Source of the DNA: Podarcis bocagei
Taxonomy: Eukaryota
Reading direction: 5' to 3' (one strand)
Assembly (NCBI GenBank): GCA_964188305.1
Contig: OZ076892.1
Length of the DNA stretch: 64,000 nucleotides
The position numbers were made by a program, and so were the translations under genes. Of this stretch, positions 26,580 to 36,279 are shown one piece after another. The notes under the pieces were generated by a model. The model worked only from the letters and a program-made list of their open reading frames with translations, was not told the origin of the DNA and searched no databases. How positions within the stretch are numbered: position 1 is the stretch's first letter; each line of letters begins with the position of its first letter.

Positions 26580-27335
26580 CAACCTACCCAGTTAAATGTT
26601 CTTGATCACTAATAAAGCAGTTTTTCAAATTATGATTTTAAAAACCCACAAACATATTTCAAGTGGTACTTGGTAAATTTTCTCATTTAAAATTGCACAA
26701 GTTTTAACACTCTGTAATCCACTTCAGTTGAAATAGAAGCAACTTTCTATTTATTTTTAATACTGTTTCAATAATTGCCTAATTCTTATCAATTTCCTTC
26801 AATCCTTAATTCAATTTCTTTGAAGGTCTCCTTTATTTTTAGGAATTCCTTCAAAGTGCTATCTTTTTAAAAATCTCTGTTTCCTTCCATATCTTCAATT
26901 TTTGACTTTGCTAGGGCTTTGGTTATTTTCAATGCTATTTTAACTATGCTGAGAATATATAGAACTGGCATTTGTTTGTCCATAGGATTACATTTACTGA
27001 CACAATGTAATAAACACACATCCAGATTACTTTCTTACTTTAGTTGGAATATTTTGATAATTACGCCCACTACCAAGGTGAATTGCAACATTCCTGCCAC
27101 ATTTGATTCTGATATATCTAACATTTTCATTCTTTAAATATATATTTTCTACATTTTCAATCCCTTGGATGCCACAGTGTACTCGTTTTAAAGCAGTTTT
27201 CCTTATACTGACTGGCCATGGCAAAATGTTAAACCCCCTTGCATACATAAAATCCTCAAACAGAAGTGACTATTTTAATATTTTATCATGGTCATTTATT
27301 TGACCATTTGTCATGTGATCATTTACAATGTATAA
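26580..27335 (-). mobile_element. Possible old L1 ORF2 relic
   Basis: Very AT-rich block, A-rich on the minus strand, giving K/I/E-rich broken translations. No diagnostic motif was resolved. Confidence 0.3.
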
Positions 27336-27339
27336 AAAA

Positions 27340-27625
27340 TATGGGATTTGCTACCACAAGGTATAGTGATGAACACCAACTTGAATGGATTTAAAAAATG
27401 GATTGGACAAATTAATAGATCAGTGGCTATCAATGGATGCTAGTAATGATAACTATATATTCCCTCTAGGATCAGAGATAGTATGCCGTTCAATACTAGT
27501 TACAGGGGAACACAAGCGAAAGTGTGATGTTGTCCTTGTGTCCTGCTTCTGTCTTCCAATAGGACATCTGATTGGCATGTGTAGGGACAGAATGGATAGG
27601 GCTTTGGTTTGATCCAGCAAGGATA
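27340..27625 (+). mobile_element. CR1-type LINE 3' end fragment
   Basis: atggatttaaaaaatggattggacaaatt (GFKxGLDKF-like ORF2 end) followed by a 3' UTR ending ggtttgatccagcaagg. Confidence 0.7.
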
Positions 27626-27794
27626 CCTTCTAAAAGAGGTATCACATTGGCAGAACAATGCACAGGCATACCATAGGTAACTTTTAAGTCTTCATATGAA
27701 GCATTGAAAATAGAAAACTACCTTGTGCCACTCAGACTGTTTGCACATCTAGGTCTTTATTGACTACTTTGAATGACAGTGATTCAGGGTGTGA

Positions 27795-27915
27795 GGCAGA
27801 TTTCCTTTAATCCCTCTTGCTACCTGATCCTTTTAACCAGAAATGGTAGGGATTGAACCTGAGACCTTCTCCATGCAAAGCAGGTGCTCCATCATTCAGC
27901 TGCGGTGCTTCCTTA
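27795..27915 (-). mobile_element. tRNA-headed SINE fragment
   Basis: gggattgaacctgagaccttctccatgcaaagcaggtgctcc is the reverse complement of the SINE B-box/head. Confidence 0.6.
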
Positions 27916-28832
27916 AAGGATTCATCCATCATCCTTGACCCAGCAAGGCTCTGCCACCATCACAGCTGTGTGTTCTGTTTAAATCTTTACTCCAGCTTCT
28001 CCTCACTTTGACTCACATGATAAGACAAACTTACTAATGTTTACTCAGTTTGCATTTCAACAGAGAAGGCTGCTACTGTGAGAAAAGTCAACAAAAACTT
28101 GAAACCTCACATATGAATCCGTCTTGCACAAAAACTTGGAAGCCCTCCTTTGTGGTAGTAAGGTGCCCATTGTTTAAAAATGTATTTTGGGAAGTAGCCC
28201 TCAGTTTTAGGAAGTTTAACTAATGGCACTGTCCATTAAAAATATCAATATCCCAGGTTCCATTAACAGTTAACAATAGTCCAGTTATCATTAGCAAAAT
28301 GTGCTCACATTTTTACATGACCATATTCTGCCAATAGCATGTGATAAATAACCTAGCACTGTGTTGTTCACATCTGCATAATTATGACTGATTGTGATTA
28401 TGAATGACTAACTAAGACAGATGCAAAGTGTTTCTAAATTGGTTTAAAAGGGAGGAAATCAAGGTTCTTCTGCTCATAAAATAAAGTTCTTTTCAATACG
28501 TTCTGATTCATTTGGCACAATTTCTGGAGTTAACTAGTTATACCAAACATTGGTAATAGTACTAAGCTTACAGTCATTATAGATTGCAGAAAATCATTTG
28601 ACAAATCAACATGACATCCATCAGCCTTACTGGGAGGCAAGTAGAAGACACTGAGAATGAACATAAAATGCTACTGTTGTTTGACACATCAGTCCTCAGA
28701 TGGTGTGTAACTCCAGGATCATAGCCATAATGTAGTCACAGAGAAACAAAAAGAAAGTATCAGCATGCTTTAAGGTTTGCACTGAGCATGCTCAGTAGCC
28801 ATGGAATAGTTCCAAAGTCCCCTTTGTTAGTA

Positions 28833-29051
28833 CAGTTGTACCTTGGTTGTCAAACAGAATCCATTAGGGATGTCCATTTGACTTCTGAAAACATTTGACA
28901 ACCACACAATCGTCTGCATGCAATCGGAAGCTGCGTTGGACATTTGGCTTCCAAAGAATGTTTGCAAACTGGAACACTCACTTCTGGGTTTGCAGTGTTT
29001 GGGAGCCAAAACATTCAACTCCCAAGGCATTTGGCTTCAAAGGTACAACTG
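28833..29051. mobile_element. Tc1/mariner (Tigger-like) MITE
   Basis: TIRs CAGTTGTACCTT / AAGGTACAACTG flanked by TA on both sides. Confidence 0.85.
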
Positions 29052-29365
29052 TATTGTTAACCATCTTTATGGATCCTAAACTGGTGTGGCGATTGGTGGC
29101 TGCTAGGATGCAGGTGCCACTTAAGTGAATTCTCTCTCAGGAGCTGGTATACCAACATTTGGAAAAATTACAGCCACAAGATCAACCTGACACATTCAAA
29201 AGGACATGGATTTGTTTTATTTCCTTTGACAATTCAGCTGATGATGGCATTTGCCCCTCCCCCTCCAAAATTAGGAATCCTTTTGGAAGAGATCATAAAC
29301 ATGAACTTAGACTCTAACTTTTGGTGGTATTAAATGCTGTTCATTTGCTTCTTTTTGCCACCATC

Positions 29366-29367
<2 letters not shown>

Positions 29368-29414
<47 letters not shown>
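29368..29414. repeat. (TA)n microsatellite, left flank of the palindromic insertion
   Basis: Pure TA run seen directly. Confidence 0.95.
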
Positions 29415-29416
<2 letters not shown>

Positions 29417-29496
29417 TTTCGTAGGTTTTCACGGGTACAGGAATGCAGGTTTTGGTGTCTTCGGGTGTCTTCCCGTGTAAGAGTTGGGGTGTCTAG

Positions 29497-29534
29497 GCGA
29501 CGTTTCGACGAGGTCTCACTCGTCATCTTCAGGC
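29497..29534 (-). ncRNA. Minimal hammerhead ribozyme motif (mirror copy)
   Basis: Exact reverse complement of 29601-29638 within the palindrome. Confidence 0.65.
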
Positions 29535-29600
29535 TGGTGCTTTCGGCTTCTTGTTACTGGAACAGGGCTCTGTTCCAGTAACAAGAAGCCGAAAGCACCA

Positions 29601-29638
29601 GCCTGAAGATGACGAGTGAGACCTCGTCGAAACGTCGC
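29601..29638 (+). ncRNA. Minimal type-I hammerhead ribozyme motif
   Basis: CUGAAGA (29603-29609), U, stem II GACGAG/CUCGUC with loop UGAGAC, GAAA (29629-29632), CGUC. Palindromic ACGU stem III; predicted cleavage after 29636. Stem I is only about 2 bp. Confidence 0.65.
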
Positions 29639-29687
29639 CTAGACACCCCAACTCTTACACGGGAAGACACCCGAAGACACCAAAACC

Positions 29688-29690
<3 letters not shown>

Positions 29691-29718
<28 letters not shown>
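29691..29718. repeat. (TA)n microsatellite, right flank
   Basis: Pure TA run followed by (TATG)n. Confidence 0.95.
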
Positions 29719-29730
<12 letters not shown>

Positions 29731-29849
29731 TGGCAATAATCTGATGTTGTATGTGATTGACTATCCTATTTGTTTGCTTCCATTTTATTATCCTGTTGTT
29801 TGTCCATGTCTGTTCACTATTAAAAATATTTATTTAAAAGATGCATATG

Positions 29850-29946
29850 CTAGCCTACCTGATAGGGTTGTTGTGAGGATAAAATGTGGCAGGGGACAAA
29901 CCATGAATTCCGCTGAGTTTCAGAGTGGGCTAAAGCTGTAATAAAT
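29850..29946 (+). mobile_element. MIR/Ther1-like SINE 3' part
   Basis: cctacctgatagggttgttgtgaggataaaatg is a MIR core-like motif, followed by a taataaata tail. Confidence 0.6.
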
Positions 29947-30019
29947 ACAGTACTTCCTACAAGGTCTCTTGAAGAGGCATTATTTTTTTTTTTTAAAAAG
30001 AAATCAAATACAATTTATA

Positions 30020-30190
30020 TGAAATGTTTTACATGCAGAAGGATCCCCATTTAATCCCCCAGCATCTTCAGGTAGGGCAGGGAAGTATTCCTGTCTAAAA
30101 ACCTGGAAAGCCACCACCAATCTGTGAAAGCAATAGTGAGTGAGATGGATTTATGGTCTGACTCAGTATAAGGCAGTTCTGTATGTTCTG
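30020..30190 (+). mobile_element. tRNA-headed SINE (Squam2-like)
   Basis: catgcagaaggatccccatttaatcccccagcatcttcaggtagggc ... ggtctgactcagtataaggcagttctgtatgttc. Confidence 0.75.
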
Positions 30191-30536
30191 CCAGTCAGCC
30201 CCAGTCTCCCTCTTGCCCACCCCGATATAAAGCCCAGCGTGCAGCTGCATATTAGAAAATGTCCTCTGATAAATCGGCAGCAGGCAGCACCTACACCACT
30301 GCCCATCCTTCCTGCCCACACTGTGTGCCTGACATGCTGAAAAGTTGCTTGAGAGCTGCTGGGATTTTCACTTGACCTGTGCTGTTTGCACTGCCTATTT
30401 CTGGAGGACCCATGTAGGTTCTGTTTCCTGCTATCCCAGTGTGCTAACTAAGTCATTGCTTTATCCTGAGCTCAAGGACATCTCAAATATCCAGGAATAA
30501 TTTAGATCATACATCATATATTGTCTGTGTATTAGA

Positions 30537-30562
30537 GTGTGTGTGTGTGTGTGTGTGTGTGT
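30537..30562. repeat. (GT)n microsatellite
   Basis: Seen directly. Confidence 0.9.
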
Positions 30563-33500
30563 ATTTATATATTCTTATCATAGTTCCTTATTCTGATCTA
30601 AAGATCACACACAACACCTTCCCTCAGTTTTAAGGGAAAGCTAGCTTCTTACCTTAAAGTAAATTACTTTCTTCCCTAGCACTTATAAAATAGAGTGATG
30701 AATAGAAAGCTACATTAATTACTTCTCCCATGCTTACATATCACAGACCCAGCAATACCACATGGCATCCATGGGCAAGTGCTGAGCCCAAAGCAACCTG
30801 GCAGATCTACTGTCAATACCTCTGCTGGCCCCCTTTATCCCCCCCCACCAAACCAGGCAGTTGCCCTTTCCCCACACTGATAGAAAGGCTACAGTTCAGT
30901 GGATAGAGAACATTCTTTGCACACAGAATGGCCCAACTTCAGTCTCTGCCATGTCTGGGTAGGGCCATAGAAGACATCAGGTACACAGCATTATCAATGA
31001 ATAGCCCTACTCCTCAACCCATAAGTAAAACATTAGGACATAAAATCTGCATGGTAAGGCAAGGCAACCTTACTCTGACATAGAGGCATATTTCTGATGG
31101 AGATGACAACCTTTTTTCTGTCAAGAGCCTCATTTTCTTAGGGGTAATCTGTTAGAGGCCACATATGAGCAGTGTGTATGGTCCGAGCCAAAAGTGGGTG
31201 AAGGTGAAGACAAAGGTGGCGGGACCACACCTTTACTCTCTTTTTCTGCCACCAACTACTACTCCCCCCCTCTCTCTCCCTCCCTCTCTCTTCTTTTCTC
31301 TCTCCCCCTTTCGCTCAATATTTTCCTCCTTGTCACCCCCATGAAATGATGCCAAGGACCACAGTAAAATGGATTGAGGGCTACAGATTGCCTGCCTCTA
31401 ATATATGACATATTCCTACAATACAAAAATCACAGGCATACATGTCTACGAGACTCTCATTCTTTATGGCCATCAGTCAACTGCTATATCTTACATTTGA
31501 TACTAGCAGTATCCCAGTCTCTGACAAGATCCAAAGGACAAGATCCTTTGGTAGCCGCTGCCATTGAGGAGAGCAACTTTCTGCTCTTCTCAGTGTCTAA
31601 ATAAATTTATCAATGAAAGAAGGCAGCTGTGGTGACTGCTGAGAAAAGCTGGAATCTCCTCAAATCAGAGCTGGAATCTCCTCAAATCAGACAACACGGC
31701 AGGAACTGAAACAACATTGAAGTGACGGTAGAGTGAGGAAGCAAGAACAGTCCTCTGCTTTGCCTTGCCCAGCCCCTGTGCTGCTGGAGTATGCAGAGCA
31801 CACAGCCCTGCAAAAAGGTGATGGCGACTTCCGAAAAGGAGTGAGTCTTGTGGGCAGCAAGGGTTGCTGCCACAGAGGGAACGGGAGGTGAAGGAGTTCC
31901 GGGCACTCTCTGCCCCTCTCTGTTAGAAGCAGCACTTCCCCTCCCTCCCACTGTGCTGGTGCCGAGGAGGCTGCAGCCTCCGCAGCTCCCTCATGCGCCA
32001 GAGCCCAGCAGAGGAAAGGTGCGGTGCAGTGTTGCTTCTGCCACTGCTCCCTCTGTGCTGCTTCCACCCCAGGCCTGAGAGAAGCAGCGGAGCGGGCAGG
32101 TGCATGAGAGAAGTGGCGGGTCTGGTTGGGTGGTTGGTTGAGGGTGTGACAGAAGTGGCGGGGTGGGTGGGCAGGGGTGGTGGGATGGTGGTGGTGGGTG
32201 TCCCATCCTGAAATGCTGGAGGGTATGTAAGTAGGCAACTTGAAACTCAAAGCATTGGCCTGACCCAGCAGGCTGTTCTTATGTTCTTATAAGCAAACAT
32301 AAGCTCTTTGAGGGGGCGGGGGGTCAAATAAATTATGAGATTCAGGACTAGCAAAAAGCAGAGGTAACTGCAATGTAATCAAAGAGAGACAGAATTGCAA
32401 ACTGTGTAGATACTTCTTTGGCACTGCTGATTTTATTTATCTGTGTGCCATATCTTTAGGCTCTGCCTCAGAAGGGTACAAAGGAATAATGAAAATATAA
32501 AACAAACTATTTAAAACAACAAATTGACAACAGATCAAACAAAAAACAAAATAATTCCAGTGGTAGATCCATAAAGGTATAAAATGGTAAGCTGGGATAT
32601 ATGGGTTTTTTAAAGCCCATTTAAAAACCTCAACTGAAGGGACCAATAGTACCTTAGTGCTCCACAAAAATACTAACGTGGAACTGCTCTGAAGGGGTTA
32701 AAATCTGCAGAGATTTTTCTTCCACCTTTCATTTTTAAAAAAGGAAAAGTTAAGTGTTCTACTCTGGAAAGAAAACTGTCACTTTGTGTTTGCAGGTTTG
32801 TAGAAAAGCGTCCTCCCCCTTCTCCATTTAATGTAAACATTCATTAAACTAATTTGAAGTTGTCATTACTCTCCTCCCCTGCTGCTTTATATCAGATTAT
32901 TCCTAAGCGCTCAGTGAAGAGCCCCATAAACACACAGTCTATTTCCCTGCAGGGTATAATCACACAGTTTGCACTGTGATTTATGTGGTGTAGCACTGGT
33001 GAGTGTCCTAAACTTTGAAAAGCTTCCATTCATCCTCCTGCCTTGAAACCAACCCATAGTCTAGTCTATGCCAAGCCATTCTACACATAGTTTAAGCTTC
33101 CATCCTTTGGATGAGAAATGCTGAATGACAACAAAGAGGTAGCTAATTTTCCAAGAGTAATGAGTAGCACTAATCACAATGTTAGCATGCCCTTCAAACC
33201 AACAACTTTCCTTTGAGAGTTTATCCTCGCCTCAATGAGGATTCATTATAATGCATTTAGAGAGGAGAACTAGTGCCATGTCACAATCTTCACCCCACGT
33301 GAATACAATGAGTCCCATCTGCACACGTGAAAATGCATTTAGCCAGACCCCCTCAAGTGTCCCAATTTAATTGGGACATCCCAGATTTATAGAAGTTGCC
33401 CCGGCTTCTGAACTCAATCCAGGATACCCTGATTTTCCATGGACTGGGGCAACCTTACCAGGGTTGCTCTAGGACTTGTGGCACGTCTGGCAGGGTGAGA

Positions 33501-33964
33501 TCTTGTACGGCCTTCTGGGGGCTGCTCTATGTTGTTTTCAGCAGCCATCAGGCTTCTTAGCCACTGGTGGCCACCACATCATGTGGAGATGCCCCCCCCC
33601 CAAAAAATAAAACACCCCAGAGTGCAGTAGTATTGCAGAACTGGGCATTAGCACATTGCATTGGGTGAAAACAGGAGGACAACCCTTCAGCATGCCTAGG
33701 AAAGTAGGGGGTCCAGGACAGCAACTTATCAAAGACCTCCTCAAATCCTGGACCCAGCCTTGCTGCCTTGTCTCTCAGAAATGGAGTGAAGGCCAGAGCT
33801 GTCTCCTCCTTGGTATCACCACCCTTTCTGCCATAAATAGTAGTACAACCAGCACAGTAACATGAGAGGTATTCAGCATCTCATGAGACATTTGGGCCTC
33901 TGGAAGGATGAAACAGGGTTGATGGGGGCTGCATATGGCTATCTCATCTTTCTCCTCCGCCTTG

Positions 33965-33967
<3 letters not shown>

Positions 33968-34045
<78 letters not shown>
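33968..34045. repeat. Compound (GT)n(GA)n microsatellite
   Basis: Seen directly. Confidence 0.95.
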
Positions 34046-34048
<3 letters not shown>

Positions 34049-35507
34049 AGTGTGATGGCGGTCAGGGCTGCTACAGAGGGTGGATGGGAGACCCATTACA
34101 TAGTCTATTCTAAGTCCTTGTCCTAGTTCAGGCCTGCAGCAGAGATGGGCAGAAGGCAGATTGGAATCTGGAGGGGAATCTCTGTGTGATTGCATTAGAT
34201 CAGCATGGTTTTCTGACTTCCAACAGTTTTAATAATAGCAAGTAAAACTGCAAGTTTTGTGGTTTTTAAAATCTTTTCCACAACTGCCCTTCTGTGCTTA
34301 TCTCTCAGCCTCAGTGTTCACCTAGCCAGTTTTTGTCACTATGGTGAGATGTATCACTTATGTACCTATTTCAATTGTAGTAATTGTTTCCAATTTTTGC
34401 CCCTGTGCATGTAAAATAGCATATGCAAATCTTTTCCCCTTTTTGTCCTCTTTTCTTGTTGACACATTTAGTCTTCTTTTGGTGATGAATAAGTGAGTAC
34501 CTTAGCTGGGAAGTATGTCATCTATTAAGGTTTGGGAAACATTCAGCTGCAAAAGGTGACGAACCACAATATTTTCTAATCTGAACAGCATCTTCCATCA
34601 CTTTTATGCAGGGATCAGGTTTCCGCCAAAAGCCCTGTACGGAAACGGACTGGACAAAAACAAGATAATCTTGTTTCTGTGTAAAGACAGCAGGTTCCAT
34701 TAATAAAAGACACAGCTAGTATTACCGACCTCTGCTGTGCTGACAAGCAAAGGAGACTTCAAAAAGATGAATTTTCCCCACAGATATAACACAGTATAGA
34801 CTTAACCTATTGAGGACGGATGGAGAGTTTGTGTGTACTAAGCAGGCCAGCTGCTTATATAGTGATAAGAAACTTCTTCAGCATTCTTCTTGTACAATTC
34901 AGAGATGGTTGGTTGTGTTCCAAACTGAGGAGGTTGTACAGATTTCGCCCCATATTGTAGTCCTGAAGGGAGTAATTTGGCTATGGAGAACCTCTCTAAA
35001 ATGCATTATCTTGTCCATATTCTTAGCAGCTATTCACCTTGTCCTCCACAGATGAAGAGATGGAAGCAGGACCACTCCACCAACTCAGCTGAGAATCCAG
35101 CTTTTCACCACCTACTTCTCAGTCAGGGCAGGATTTAGGGGGAAGAAGTCTAAGGCCTCACACTGTCAAATACGCAGGAGGGCCTCCAAACACAGTAGGG
35201 CTTGCTTATTCGGTTTTGAATTAAGTGAAGCAATACACACTACCATCTAGTGTGTGTGTGTGTGTGTCCTCCCAATAAAATCATTAACTAAAATTTACTG
35301 CACCCATGCTCTCACTCTCTCCCCTACCCCCAACCCAAACTTTTGCCATTCCATTATAAGGAAAGAATCCTTATAATTAAGGGACAAATTTAAGGGGAAA
35401 ATTTATATGTTACATTATTCACACTTTCTTTGCTTAAACCGTGCCCTTGTATTTTCAAGGGGAAAACAAAACAAAACAGTCATTGGTCCCCAATTTAGTC
35501 TAGCTTA

Positions 35508-36279
35508 CCGTATTTTGCGCCCCATAGGACGCTTCGGCCCATAGGACGCACCTAGGTTTTTTGGGGGGAAATAAAGGGAAAAAAATTATTTCCCCCCCAG
35601 GTGCGGGGCTGGAAGAATCAGGTCGGGGAACAGTGGGAAGGCACGCTCTGCCTCCCCGCTGTTCCCCGAGCTTGTGGGGCTGGCAATGGGGAGAAGTGCG
35701 CTGATCCCGGGACTGCAGGCAGCTCTGTGCCGCCATCCGGAGCGGGGCGGGACTTCGCGCCCCGCTCCGGATGGCGGCGCAGAGCTGCGCTGGTCCCAGG
35801 ACTGCAGGCAGCTGTGCGCGGCCACCGGGAGCGGGCCGGAGCTTTGCCACTGGCTCCCGGTGGCCCTGCAGAGCTGCACTGATCCCAGGACGGCAGGCAG
35901 CTCTGCACCGCCATCCGGAGCGGGGCGGGACTTCGCGCCCAGCTCCCGGTGGCCGCGCAGAGCTGCGCTGGTCCCGGGACGGCAGGCAGCTCTGCGCCAC
36001 CATCCAGAGCGGGGCGGGACTTCGCGCCCGGCTCCTGGTGGCCGCGCAGAGCTGCGCTGATCCCGGGACTGCAGGCAGCTCTGCGCAACCCTCGGAGCCA
36101 GTCTCCCGAGGGTTGCGCAGAGCTTCCTGAAGCCTGGAGAGCGAGAGGGTTCGGTGCGCACCGACCCCTCTCGCTCTCCAGGCTTCAGCGAAAGCCTGCA
36201 TTCACCCCATAGGACGCACACACATTTCCCCTTCATTTTTGGAGGGGAAAAAGTGCGTCCTATAGGGCAAAAAATACGG
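35508..36279. mobile_element. Tc1/mariner-superfamily (Tc2/pogo-like) MITE with internal hairpin array
   Basis: TIRs CCGTATTTTGCGCCCCATAGGACGC / GCGTCCTATAGGGCAAAAAATACGG, TA on both flanks and subterminal ccataggacgc repeats. Confidence 0.85.
35696..36188. repeat. Tandem array of about 89-bp GC-rich hairpin units
   Basis: Linker tgcgctg(a/g)tccc(g/a)ggac(t/g)gcaggc recurs near 35697, 35786, 35875, 35964 and 36053. Each linker is followed by an AGCT...AGCT-bounded inverted repeat. Confidence 0.9.

Larger units (their letters stand above)
29415..29690 (-). mobile_element. Penelope-like element (PLE) fold-back insertion in a (TA)n tract
   Basis: 250-bp palindrome 29443-29692 (centre 29567/29568, one mismatch) plus a 28-bp unpaired tail 29415-29442 (minus strand ttcctgtacccgtgaaaacctacgaaagc). 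An inverted pseudo-LTR, a tail and a hammerhead core are PLE hallmarks. Confidence 0.8.

Noticed and set aside
29321-29941. Duplicated ORFs on opposite strands
   Set aside because: They are a direct consequence of the palindrome and the (TA)n runs.
35696-36125. CRISPR-like repeat/spacer periodicity
   Set aside because: The context is vertebrate, there are no cas genes, and the 'spacers' are homologous palindromes inside TIRs.
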